A DNA stretch of 64,000 bases from Octopus sinensis (taxonomy: Eukaryota): NCBI RefSeq assembly GCF_006345805.1, contig NC_042997.1, positions 136,090,001 to 136,154,000 of the forward strand, given 5' to 3'. The notes beneath the pieces are model-generated. The model ran no database searches and was not told where the DNA came from. It worked only from the letters and a program-made list of their open reading frames with translations. A program made the position numbers and the translations under genes. Numbering within the stretch: the first letter of the stretch is position 1; each line of letters begins with the position of its first letter. This document shows, in pieces, positions 38,477 through 51,949 of this stretch.

Positions 38477-39964
38477 TGAATTTTTTTAAAGTAATAATTG
38501 TCTGTATTAAACAATGTTTTGAATGTTATTTCTAGCAACTCCTGTTGGTTTGTTCGTAGCTTTTAAATAATTAATTTACTCGCCAATCTTTTAATGTTAA
38601 CTTTGCTCGTGTATATTTTAATAATTTGACTGTTATTTCTAGCAACACCTGTTCGTTTGTTCGATGCTCCCACCCCAACCCCTTGATGATGGAAGATGCA
38701 GCGAACACGCTGTTTTCTGAGTGGCTGAAAATTCTGAAAATTATCAAACTTTGAACACCTGTAACATTTTTGCAAACTTTTTCTGGAATAAATGAATAAC
38801 AAATTTGGATTCAGCTTCAAAAAATATATCTACATGATATATTAAAAAACTTTAAAGATAATTGTAAACAATTTTTATATTGAAACAAAGTGCATAATAC
38901 GAACGCGCTAAAAGAGGAAGTGCAAAAATTCATTATGAAAAATAATTTTCTGTATAATAGTGAATATTAATGTAATACTAATTTTAATATAAACCAAGAA
39001 ATAAATGAGCTATATCTATATATAGTGGGGAAAGCTAGCAAGAAGAGGTATGAGAATATATGAATTACATAGTAAAAAGAGAATCTAATCATATGAATGG
39101 TAAAGCCATGGCTAAAATTATTATTTATTTTAATGCACAACTAGCAAAGGTATCAACCGTAAGGCAGGAGGAGTTACCTGCCATTATTAGAACAAAGTTA
39201 GTTTGTTAGTCGAAATTCATGCAAAATGAAACTAAAGCCTGACATTCAGCTATTGTTCTTGTCAACTTGCCGGAAATTTTTTTAAAAATCTGAATCCTGC
39301 TACTCCGAAAATCCAATCATACTATCTGAAAGCAAAAACCTTGTCAATTTACACTAAGAAATAATAATCTAAATTCTACTACTCGTAATGTTGAATTAAA
39401 GTTTAAAAGCAAACAAAAAACGTATTAAAATTTCAGAAGTTCTTACAACTTTTGTCGTTTGTTTAATAAAAATTCCTCCTCGTATAATTATTTTGCGTTC
39501 ATTTTGTGATAGACAAGAATGTGCATGTGTGCGTGTGTGAGCGTGTGTGTGTGTATTTACGAAAGCATGTATGCAGTGTCGCATTTATATGTCTGAAGAT
39601 GATTTCAGGCGTTATTCTCCCTTTTTTGACCTCACATATTTGAAATCTAAACTTTTTTCTATTTATCAAATTTCAAATTTTGTAGCTCAAAATATAGCTT
39701 CGGTTACCAATCTAAAAATTATAAACAGCATCAAATTTGGTAAAAAAAACTGAATTAGTGACAGAGCCTAGAAGTGGTCACGAGTGAGTAAATGTTGACC
39801 TTAAGAACAGAGTGTGGATGATATTTATTACAATATAGTGTATTCTATGAATATAAGGTAGATATTTGCAAGATACCTAAATACTGAATTTGACTCAAAC
39901 ATTTTGCAATATTGGTTTCCAATTTTGGCAGAAGGCCATCAAATCCGGAGTGGGGTGCAAGTTG

Positions 39965-40052
39965 GAGGAATTTCAACTCAGAATGTAGAGACAGACGAAA
40001 TGCCGCGAAGCTTTCACGCTGCGTGTTAACGACTCTGCCAGCTTCTCGTCTT
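39965..40052 (-). mobile_element. SINE family B head
   Basis: Reverse complement gagaagctggcagagtcgttaacacgc...atttcgtctgtc...ctgagttgaaattcc. Confidence 0.65.
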
Positions 40053-40611
40053 AGTACTGTAATAAGAAATAATATTACGTGAAAATTGTTTTAGGTACTT
40101 TTGGCGGATTTAGCTTATATAATAACGTTTTCATTTTGAATTTTTTTTTTTTAAAGTTTAGCACCACATCACTCGTCTTGATGAGTTCTTTCATATAAGC
40201 TAAACAAAAACAACATTTTTACACAAAAACAAAATGTTTAGGCTTTGAATTTGCTTTTAAGCGCTACCACTGTTTTCGGCACATGTGGCCCCAGTAGTTT
40301 TTTTATATATATAATTAGCATCATGGAATTCCTGTAGTCGCAATCTATCAGAAACGTTATACTTGAATATAGTTTTCTTTTGAAAGAAGAGTAAGACTTG
40401 GAGTCAAAGTCGATTTCAGGTATTAATCTCCTGTTTTTTTGCTTGTTTTTTTTTTTTCGCCGGTTTTTACCTCAGTACTTTTTCCTACTGAATAGTTTTG
40501 CATATAACTAACATGGATAGATTTCTGTCGTCAAGTTCTGTACATTGTCATATAAGCTGAAATAAAAAATATATTTATTTAAAAAAAAAATTGGACAACG
40601 TAGTGTGTGAA

Positions 40612-40860
<249 letters not shown>

Positions 40861-40968
40861 GCTTTAAATATAAGTTTAGCGTTATATATAAATTTATCTC
40901 ATTTTCAACTCATAACTTTTTACATACATATATGCATACATACATACATACATACATACATACATACA

Positions 40969-41002
<34 letters not shown>

Positions 41003-41479
41003 CATACATACATACAAATATACATTACATACATACACACGTATATACGTATGGAAGAGTGTATGTATTATGCGAAGGAATAAATGCGATTTCTTCCAGA
41101 AGAGCAGCTAACAAATTAGCTGATTAAACTATTAGGAAGTACATTAATTGTTTATGCATTAGAGATCAAGATGTCAGAAGGAGAAGGCACCAGAATAGAT
41201 TACATATTCCTGTCACATCTTACTTTCTTAAATGTCCATATCACATGGATTTCTGCTGCACGTATTAGAGTTATGTTTTTAAGAAGGGACCGATGAGAAA
41301 AATAACAAGACTAATGCTGCTCAGAAAACTATTAACAGCTTTTATACAAAAATATGTTTAGGAGTAAATATGCCTTTAACTTTTTAACCAATTTCAAACT
41401 GAGGTCACGTTCCTAGTCCGGCAAATTATGTGGTACGTGTGTACGCACTCACACAGATACACACACTAACACACACACA

Positions 41480-41562
<83 letters not shown>

Positions 41563-41599
41563 CGTATATATGTATGTATATATACATATCTTTCATTTT

Positions 41600-41999
41600 T
41601 ATTTTGATTGTTTCAGTCATTAGACTACGGCCATGCTGGGGTACTGCCTTGAAGATGTTTAGCCGAATGAATCGACCCCAGTACTTATTTATATATTTTA
41701 AGACTGGTACTTGTTCTATCGGTCTCTTTTTTCGAACCACTAAGTTACGGGAACATAAAAGCACCAACACTAATTATCAAGCAGTGGTGGATTACAAGCA
41801 TACACACACACACACACGACGTGTTTCTTTCAGTTTCCATCCACCAAATCCATACACAAGGAATCGGTGCGTGTGAATGCATGCAGTTCGGTCGATCAGA
41901 GATTATAGTACAAGACACTTGCCTAAGGTTCTACGTAGTGTGACTGAACCCAGAACCATGGGGTTGGAAGGAAGCTTCTTACCACACATCCACTCTTGC

Positions 42000-42004
<5 letters not shown>
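41600..42004 (-). mobile_element. SINE family A, full length, diverged
   Basis: Tail gtttcagtcattagactacggccatgctgggg through head ccactcttgcgtcta. Confidence 0.85.
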
Positions 42005-42036
<32 letters not shown>

Positions 42037-42063
42037 CGCAAGAGTGGCTACATATATATATAT

Positions 42064-42279
42064 ATAGTTAATCCAAACATGAAAACACAAAGAGAAAACA
42101 CAACAACGCGAGGACGTGGAACAAATATAGTATATTGGACGCTCAGGAAGGAATGGAAGAAGGAGGGTTTAACGTTTCGAGCGGAGCTCTTCGTCGGAAA
42201 CATAAGAGAAGGAAAGATCCAGAGAAGGAAAGATCCAGAGAAGGAAAGACAGAGGAAAAAAATCACCAACGGTGTCAAT
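42064..42279 (-). mobile_element. PLE-type pLTR fragment with minimal hammerhead-like motif (42167-42201), second copy
   Basis: Near-identical to 21472-21675, with the same motif including the CCGACGA variant core. Confidence 0.65.
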
Positions 42280-42647
42280 AACCTCTTAGGAAGAAATGTG
42301 TATCTAATATGTATTTTATGTCAAATGTGTGTTTTGTGTGTAAGTGCTTTTGTATTTCAACTTTTCAAGCACGCCTTCCGGGCTAATGTAGGCATAAAAA
42401 GGAAATTGGGTTTCTTTTTGTAATGGTGTTAACTATTTCCGGTTTAGTTTCGGATTTAGAATTTTTATAAAGTATTCTCTTTTTTTTGTTTTTTGTCCTT
42501 GGATTTTATAATTTTTCACTGTTAAATAAAATGAATTTTTTAATGATTAGTAAATTTTTAAGAAGACCTTTTTCTAATTATTGTAACTAATCAAGTAATT
42601 TTTTAAAAAAGCTTTTAAACATATATATATACATACAGTCGGTGGAT

Positions 42648-42833
42648 AGGGTTGAAAAGTTCCTGGCTTTAAGAGCATTACAGAAGGCCTGGTTGCAAGT
42701 CCAACCTTCCGAGTTCTTTTACAGAAAACCGAAGGACCGCTGCAATGTGAATCTGAGAGGCGAACATATTGAATAAAATCATAAGTAACCTGTATTTTCT
42801 TTTACCCAAAGCTAGAAACCTTTCAGCCGCCCC
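42648..42833. mobile_element. Mariner-derived MITE
   Basis: Imperfect terminal inverted repeats gggttgaaaagttcctggcttt / aaagctagaaacctttcagccgccc; the interior resembles a mariner 3' end. Confidence 0.6.
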
Positions 42834-42884
42834 TTTTGTATGTGTGTGTGTGTGTGTGCGTGTGCGTGTGTGTGTCTGTGTGTG

Positions 42885-42972
<88 letters not shown>

Positions 42973-43054
42973 TGTGTGTTTGAAAGTTTAAAAGTTTTTG
43001 TGAATATTGACACATTTACAAGAATAAGAAAAATATTTTTGAAAAGTTATCAAC

Positions 43055-43180
43055 TTTCGGCCTCGAAAGGATGGAAGCAAGGTCGACCTCAGTGACATTT
43101 GAACTCAAAACGTAAAGACGGACGAAATACTGCTAAGCATTTTGTCTGGTTTGGTAACTATTCTGGTATTTTCGCGCCTT
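43055..43180 (-). mobile_element. SINE family B, partial
   Basis: gaaaggatggaagcaaggtcgacctc...tttgaactc..aacgtaaagacggacgaaatac matches 25126-25352. Confidence 0.7.
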
Positions 43181-43550
43181 AATTAATAATAATACCAACT
43201 TTCAGTAATAACTGCCCAACAAACCGTGACGCGCATATTAACTTAATAACGGAGTAGCAAAAAATGCCATAATGATATTTATGTGTGTATGTATTTAGGG
43301 AAAATACTTGTGTGCTGATGGTGCTACTGCAGTTCATCTTTGAAAGCAGGTGTCGACGTCTCATCAAGCGCCGAAGCAGTTCTGTATGTGTTGTAGCCTT
43401 TTCCACCACATCTCCAGAACTACCAGGGCAACAACCGATGTAGGCAAGAACGAAACTCCCGCGCATCAGCAAGATAAATATCAACATGAGCATATGAGTT
43501 CATGCTTTTGGATATCAGCATGAACATATACATATATAACAAGAGACACT

Positions 43551-43590
<40 letters not shown>

Positions 43591-43993
43591 ATATATATAT
43601 ATAATATATATATATATATATAATGTATAACAAGAGATATATACATATACATGTGTATGTGTGTGTGTACGTAGGTGTATTGGAATTAATTTGAAATTTA
43701 ATGTATGATATATCATCTTTAGTGGATATGCAAATTTAGCAAAAAGCGATTTTGCACCTCAATGTGCAAAATAATGGGATCGATCATAGTAGTTTCTTAA
43801 AATACTTTCATATCTCTGTGGTTCGATGCAGAAAAAGTTTACACATATTCTGTCCATAGATATATTGCACTTCAGCTTATCTAAAACATGCGTTGTAGCG
43901 GTCTTCGAATCAGTTATATAAAAGGGTGTCTCCGACTGAAGCAACGGTGTCGGTAAGACAAATACATTTGATTATAAAGTATTATTGTATACA

Positions 43994-44543
43994 GGCGTAG
44001 GAGTGGCTATGTAGTAAGTAGCTTGCTTACGAACCACATGGTTCCGGGTTCAGTACCACAGCGTAGCACCTTGGGCAAGTGTCTTCTACTATAGCCGACC
44101 AAAGCCTTGTGAGTGGATTTGGTAGATGGAAACTGAAAGAAGCTCGTCGTATATATATATCTCTCTCTATATAAACGGCAGTTTGTCTGTGCGTTTTCTG
44201 TGTGTCTGTTTTCTCGTACCCTCACTCTGACCACGGCTTTCAACCGATTCTGATGAAACTTGACACACACATAGCCCAATGTCATAATTCAAAACTAACG
44301 CAGCGAAAATTTTGAAAAGTTCCCCCAGTTCTGAAAAAAATCGATAAATTCGACATGGGGTCGAGAATCAGAAACCCAAACCACAGACCGTCTAGGGGAC
44401 GCAACTCCACCTTTTTTAACTCTCAAAAAAAATTTACCATCATTTTTTTTCCATTCTTTTGCTAATTTTTGGCTATAACTCTCTAAAAATGCTTTATAGT
44501 TATTTCCCTTACAAACCTGAGCGACGCCGGGCGATACTGCTAG

Positions 44544-44575
<32 letters not shown>

Positions 44576-44815
44576 GTGTGTGTGTGTGTGTGTGTGTGCG
44601 TGCATGTTTGTGTGTCTGTGTTTGTCCCCCCGTCATCGCTTGACAACCGATACTGGTGTATTTATTTCCTCGTAACTTAGCGGTTCGACAAGTGTGACCG
44701 ATAAAATAAGTACTAGGCTTACAAAGAATAAGTTCTTGGGTCGATTTGCTCGACTAAAGGCAGTGTTCCAGCATGGCCAGAGTCAAATGGCTGAAACAAG
44801 CAAAAGAGTAAAAGA
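43994..44815 (+). mobile_element. SINE family A interrupted by a Helitron in its internal (TA)n
   Basis: 5' half at 43994-44159 and 3' half at 44544-44815 are contiguous in the family consensus. Confidence 0.85.
44160..44543 (+). mobile_element. Complete non-autonomous Helitron (384 bp)
   Basis: 5' TC start, subterminal hairpin cctgagcgacgccggg, 3' CTAG at 44540-43, inserted between A(44159) and T(44544) with no TSD. Confidence 0.8.
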
Positions 44816-45179
44816 GTACTATGTTCAGAAACAAAAAAACCTGGCAAAAGCCAGAACGTCTTTCATCCTAGATCTATTCATTTTGAGCTCTCTTGAAGGC
44901 TAAACAACGAAAGCAACATTTTAAGTATATTAGTTTTATTTTAACAGTATGCGTGGACATTTTTCTTTTTGTAAGAGGGAGATCTGGCGTAGTATGGAAT
45001 ATACTAACTCTAATAGATTGCGGTAGCCTCACTTCATAAATATAAATTGTGCACTTGTGTACTTGAGAACTTAGATATACATATGTATGTGATTGAACAA
45101 AAATACACCTAACGTTATGTAAATGCTAAGTATGAAAATGTTCAAAGCATATTTTGGAGTGTAATTAGATCACAAACGG

Positions 45180-45740
45180 TGCAGGTGAACTCACTTCTGA
45201 GTTTTCTGCCGTACGGAGTAACAGCAGCCTGAAATTTTCCTGTTCGTTTCAGTATTTGATGTTCAATTCGGTTATTTTCCCAAATTTTTAAGCAACGCTT
45301 CCTGTTTATCAACTTCTAACTTCTTTTATTCATTTACAAGTGCTCCCTGATATTTGTGTTAATATTCAAAACCATAACACCTTCCTTTATATCATCAAAT
45401 CTCTTCGTGATTTGCAGTAGTTCACAATAAAATAATTTTGTGATCTTGAAATCATCATAGCTAGTGACAAACCCAAACTAATGCTTATAAGACTTCACGC
45501 ATGATCCCATAATGAAACAGCCTGCCATTTTTCATCACTTTTGTATAAGATGTAAATGAATTCCGGTCGATGCTCAATATACGTCTTCGGTACTTCTGGT
45601 GGAATCTTTAGAGAATTTTCATGTGACTACGAGATAGCATTGAAGTCTCTGACGAATACATCAAGGATGTGTTGACGCTAATATCATAGATGCAAATCTT
45701 AATGGGAACCACTATTAGACCAAACTCTCTTCTTTGGTAT
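45180..45740 (-). mobile_element. Decayed RTE-type LINE remnants (post-RT region, apparently two pieces)
   Basis: Manual translation IKICIYDISVNTSLMYSSETSML..HMKIL*RFHQKYRRRILSI and LKIWENNRI, similar to the RTE C-terminal segment at 56611-57450. Confidence 0.5.
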
Positions 45741-46170
45741 TTCAAACACAATGAAAGCCTCTCATTATTCGAATTTATCTAAAAAAAAATACAATGATCC
45801 ATAACGGACAAAGTTGCAGAGTTAAAAAAAAAAGAATCCGCTGCATCAACACTCCTCTCATGAAAAAGAATATTTTGTTTCACATACGATTCGCCTTATC
45901 GTAAAAGCTCAGAAACACTGAAGAAAATGTTAAGTACTTTTTGATATCTTTTTCTAAATGAACCACAAAATTCTAATCTGAGGCACACAATTAGAGCGAA
46001 CTAGGGTTATGAGGGCGTTTGTTTTAGCTTTGAAGTGATACCTGTTAGAATACATATGAGATTCTGAGAAAATATCTATTTCACTCTTCTAAAATGAATG
46101 CATAGAAAACAACTACTGCAAGCTATATAGAGATCAAAGGTGATGTATATACATACATACACACGCACAT

Positions 46171-46256
<86 letters not shown>

Positions 46257-46257
46257 C

Positions 46258-46445
46258 CAATAATTAAGGGTTTAGCAACAAGTTGCTTCACCACATGCCG
46301 AAAATTTAGAAATAGCAGCCAAAAGACCGTTATTTCTCTTCGCTACAAAATACGACTCCACGAAAAGAAGTAACGCTCTTTTGGCTGCTATTTCTAAATT
46401 TTCGGTATGTGGTGAAGCAACTTGTTGCTAAACCCTTAATTATTG
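46258..46445. repeat. Inverted repeat, 69-bp arms (46258-46326 / 46377-46445), 50-bp spacer, at (TA)n
   Basis: The arms are reverse complements with one mismatch; they contain caataattaaggg and tagaaatagcagccaaa. Confidence 0.92.
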
Positions 46446-46578
46446 TTTTATTATATATAAAAGTTCTTGTATAGGTTTTTACCGAATATGGTTCTTTTCC
46501 ATACCGAAAACTACTTGGTAAAATTTATTAATTATAAATCAATAAGTGTTACCCTATATCTATAATGATGATGATGAT

Positions 46579-46666
<88 letters not shown>

Positions 46667-47422
46667 TGTATGTATGTATGTATATGTATTTATATATGAA
46701 TGAATGAATGAATGAATATACGCCCTGTTTAACAACAGTGATCACAAGGATCGGTTTTGACAGGACACCATTAGATTGTAAGTCAGCTTCTATGCCATTG
46801 TACTTGCAGCCTAATACTCCCAGAAATCTCTACAGAGCATTTCTAGTCATTGTATCAAATTTTTTCGTTAGGTCAACAAAAATTTGGTAAAAATGAAAAC
46901 CTTGCTCAAAACAATCTTCTTGAAACTGGTGTTATCTCTACCAAATCTAAATCTGCATTAAGAGTCTTAGATAATATCTTCTTTCGTAATCTGCTAATAA
47001 ATATATGCACATGCATGTGGATAGGTGCATGACTGAATATTTGTAAATGATTACGCGTTATATATATACATTTGTGATGCATGTATGCGTGTATCTTCTT
47101 GCTTGTCTGTACTTTTATGTATGTGTGAGTGTGTGTGTAAATATGTATATGCATACGTAGGTAATGGTACATATGAGTACGTACAGAGTTTGTTCCATAT
47201 ATTGTATACCAATGATTTACTATAGAAAAAACACAGTTCTACTACATATGTGTGTGCACGCACGTGCGCATAAATATTAAGGTATGTTTATACATATGTA
47301 TAAATATATATGTATATGAAAAATATATATATATCCATTAATGTATGTATGCATTTATATATATATATATATATGTATGCATGTATGTATGTATGCATGT
47401 TGTATGCATGTGAATATGTATG

Positions 47423-47459
<37 letters not shown>

Positions 47460-47929
47460 AACAGATACGTTATAAAACTATCCAACTTATACAATAACAG
47501 CCCTACCAACAATCCAGCATACCTCCATCATCAGCTGTCCCTCGGATATCACAATGGTTTCAACACCTGAGTATTACCATTCAATCTGGCGATGTCAACA
47601 GCACTAAAATAAATGTCGTTTTGGAACAAACATACGTTAGATATCACCACATTCATTTAATCTTAATTGTAGGAAGGATTAAACATTAACATTATCAATT
47701 AGACTGCAACAAAAACACATTTACCCTATGTACAAAAACAGTATCAGCAAATAAATTCAATAAGTAAACCTATGACTAACTTCCAAATTATTTAACTACA
47801 TAGCGACCAAGCCCTTGAAATCCATACAGATAATATTCCTACCAGTCTTCCATAGTTATTAATATAAAAGTGAAAGCTTTATACTCTATTCTCTCCAAAA
47901 CAAAACAAACTCAATTATGTATGTATTCA

Positions 47930-48470
47930 AGATGCTGTCCTTCAAGGAGACACTCTGGCTCCACACCTGCTGTATTTTTGCCTGGATTGTAGCTGATGTC
48001 TATCCATTGACATCAACAAAATTATGCATTTACACACTTAAGACAACTACAACGAGAAGTAGATGACATCCAGCAGTATCGGATCCCAACTACGCAGATG
48101 ATCTTACTCCTCTTGCAGACAATGTTTAATTAGGCGCGAAATTGTTACGTGCACTTGAAATTGCTGGTAAGATTGAATCTATGGACTATAATGTAACAGG
48201 TGACGTTTGTACTCTGAATGGCACGAATCTGAAGATGACTGACAACTTTTTCTACCTGGGAATAAAATTGCTCCAACAGAAAATGATGCCCAGGTAAGGA
48301 TTGCAAGTACGGCCAAGACAGACTTAGAATTATATGGAAGTTCATTCTTGCAGACAACATGAAGTGGAGTTTCTTTCAAGCATTCATCGAATTAGTACTT
48401 CTCTATATCTCTTCAACATAGGCACTGCAAAATAAACTCGAAAAAAAGCTTCACAGAACATACCCGACAA
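47930..48470 (+). mobile_element. Decayed RTE-X-type LINE RT remnant
   Basis: AVLQGDTLAPHLLYFCLDC from 47943, NYADDLTPLA from 48088, and TLNGTNLKMTDNFFYLG. Confidence 0.65.
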
Positions 48471-49006
48471 CGACTCGTGTATGCACCGTTGCATGCAAAA
48501 TGAACGCCTGCATACACACGCATTGCTTGTTTTTTAAAATAAACATTAATTTAAAATTATTCATTAAAAGTATTACTTAAAAGTATTATTTTGGAACATT
48601 GCTTAAACACAAACAAAATTCCCTGACTTCGATTGTAGGGAGTTTATGCCATTTATAATAATACTACCACGAGAACCAGAAATTAAATCCAAGGCGTGAG
48701 CTTGAACCATCTGTTTTCGCACGTGCCAATCACAAAGGTTTTTAAATGAAAGTACATAAGGGTAAACTTTTCCTTCCAACTTTCATTTCATATTTCAAAA
48801 ATATATTCAGACACTGGATATTTAAAGACAAATAGGGCCGGTTTACAACCTGACGATGAGAAACAGAAACTCTGTGTAATGGAAATCAGAGCCTTTGAGA
48901 TATATACACATGTTTGTGTATCTATGTATGTGTCCATATATGTGTGAGCATGTGTGCATTATTTATATACACACACACACACATATATATATATATGTGT
49001 GTGTGT

Positions 49007-49325
49007 GGAGGCGTAAGGGCCCAGTGGTTAGGGCAGCGGACTCGCGGTCGGAGGATCGCGGTTTCGATTCCCAGACCGGGCGTAGTGTGTGTTTATTGAG
49101 CGAAAACACCTAAAGGTTCCACGAGGCTCCGGCAGCGGGTGGAGGTGACCCCTGTTGTACTCTTTCGCCACAACTTTCTCTCACTCTCTCTCTCTCTTCC
49201 TGTTTCTTGAATAACGCTGCGATGGACTCGCATCCCGTCCAGCTGAGGGGAACATACGCCACAGAAACCGGGAAACCGGGCCCATGAGCCTGGCTAGGCT
49301 TGAGAAGGGCGACGTTTATCGTTTC
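49007..49325 (+). mobile_element. GC-rich tRNA-derived SINE, family D, apparently young
   Basis: A-box ggcccagtggttagg and B-box ggtttcgattccc; CORE-like tttattgagcgaaaacacc; LINE-like 3' end gccacagaaaccgggaaaccgggcccatgagcc; (TG)/(TA) flanks. Confidence 0.75.
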
Positions 49326-49775
49326 ATATATATATATATATCAATAATAAAGTGATTGTTTCTTATCAGGAACAAAATGTTTAATAGGACTGCTATAGAA
49401 GTGCTCAATTAAATGAGACAAATATATTAAACTATGGTTGCAGAACAATGGCCATAGGAAATGTAAATATGGTTTCTTCTTTTTTGCTTGGACACTATAG
49501 GTTTCCCTTATCTTGAAAAGTAATTTTTAATCGAAAAAATTTCTGAACGATGAACTTTTATCTTACCTTATATATTATATATTATTTATTTATATGCTTC
49601 CTAAATATATGTATTTTTATATATTTTTATATATCTATATATTTATATATTTCTTTATATTTTTATGTATTTATTATTCGAGGTGTCGCTAAAGTATTAA
49701 TCATTAACTTTTAACCGCGATGAACAGTATTCACACATTTTTCTTATATTTTTCTTATATGCTTCTTATATTTTT

Positions 49776-49814
<39 letters not shown>

Positions 49815-50389
49815 GTTTGTTTTTGTGATATAATAAAAGCAATCTTGTATTAAATTGAAGGATTACTCAGTACATATGCTAGAGAACAAATTTAATATTC
49901 TTTAACAAGAATGGTATCGATAGTCACTTCGAAGTTTCAGCTAAGCGCCATCAGCACACTGTAATGTATTTGAATCCATCTTGGTTTTATACAGTCTCTG
50001 TTAGTTAATATTGTTTTAGGTTATGGAGGTTTTTTATTGTTTGAATTTGGTGATGTGCTATTTCATAGACCTTCTTCATGCCTGCATCAACTTTCTAATC
50101 AAGTCTGTATATTTATGTATGTCCTCTTCAGATTATACGAGTTCACAGTAAAATGTTGTTAGATTGTTGCTCAAAAGCTGTCACTTAGTTTAGTTGTTAT
50201 TTGTTTTATTTAGATATTAACGGGGTATTTGACCTTTTATTTTGAGTAAATATAGTACTTCTGTATTAAGTGTGTGTGCGTGTATATATATATACTTAAT
50301 ACAAAAGTAGTTGTATTTAATACAAATTACTTTATTATCCCCTGAGTGATAAACGGCGAAGTTAAAAATTTGAATAATGACATTTCTCA

Positions 50390-50463
<74 letters not shown>

Positions 50464-51272
50464 TGTGTGTGTGCATGTGTATGTGTGTGTGTGTGCATGT
50501 GTATGTGTGCGTGTGTGTGTGTATGTATATATATGTATGTATATATGTGTTATGTATGTGTATGAAGAGAAATAGATAGATAGATAGATAGATAGATTAA
50601 AAGATAGGTACAGAAAGAGAAAGAGAGGGAGGGAGAGAACGGGAGGGAGGGAACGAGGGGGTAGAGGGAGGGAAAGAGGGAGGGAGGGAGGGAGGGAGGG
50701 AGGGGGAAGGAAAGGGAAGAAGAGAGAGAGGGATGGAGAGAGAGAGAGTGTAATATGTCTATATTTTTCTAGAAGTTCCGACAGCTTTGCTACGAATGAA
50801 ATACGAATGATAAATCGAATACATTTATTTCATACAGTTTCCATTAATATAATCGATTCTTTTAATGTTCTCTAAATGTTAACATCGGTAGACCTATCGC
50901 CCCACGGTCGTACAACCACTTACAGTATTAGGCAAATATTTGCTCAACATAAGGATGGTTTATATCAGTTTAATCTTGTAGAAATTATCATTATGGCAAG
51001 AGAAGTATCGAAAGTAATATTATTGATACGTATATATTCTAGTTTTAGATATTCAATGTTTAGGTAGTACAGATTATGTTACACTTTCTGGAATTGTTGA
51101 CATTAGAGTTCTAAGGATTAGCTCATCAGAAAAATACATACTCTAAAAAATTTACAAAGCAAAAATGCCAACTAATGTATCTATTTCCAGCAAACAGTAT
51201 ATAGACAGAGTTATTAGGTTTATCCTTTAGCCATCTTAGTTTATTAAAAACACAACTACGACCGTTACTATG

Positions 51273-51351
<79 letters not shown>

Positions 51352-51949
51352 TAGCTATTACTACTGCTGCTATTCCTATTGGGATACTTATTTACAACTC
51401 TACGTTCTGGCTTCAAAACCCGCCGAACTTAACTTTGCCTTTCACTCTTCCAGGTACGATGAATTAAAGCACCAGTAAATTTCTAGTTCCATTTAATTGA
51501 TTGTTCCTCTCCACCAAAATTACATGCTTTGCAACCATATTACAAACAATTAAACAATGATGGATTATCAAACTTAGTAGAGCGCTGTGTTTAAATCTGG
51601 ACCTTTATATTCTGAGATGGAACCCAGCTGTGGTCAACATTGGACTTCATCCTTTTGGGTTTGTTGGTACTTGTAAATTACCGGTAAAGTGCAGTAATCA
51701 TATAATTGTCTGTTTCTTTCCCCTAAAATTACAGTCCTAGTACCTGTATTAGAAATATTCGTAATTAGGCAGTCGATTAACAGAATCATTACAGCGTGGA
51801 GCAAAAGAAGCCTTGCAGTACTTGGTTGTACCAGTTGTACACTGGGGTCGATGATAGTGACTAATCTTTGGCCTTGTAAGAAAACTTGAAACCATTATTA
51901 ATATTAAAACTTATTATCACAGTTCTCTCCTTTTATGATGTATGTCATG

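Noticed and set aside
49007-49082. tRNA gene-like sequence (also the heads of other SINEs)
   Set aside because: A/B boxes are present, but there is no acceptor stem or proper cloverleaf, and the sequence runs into a SINE body and tail.
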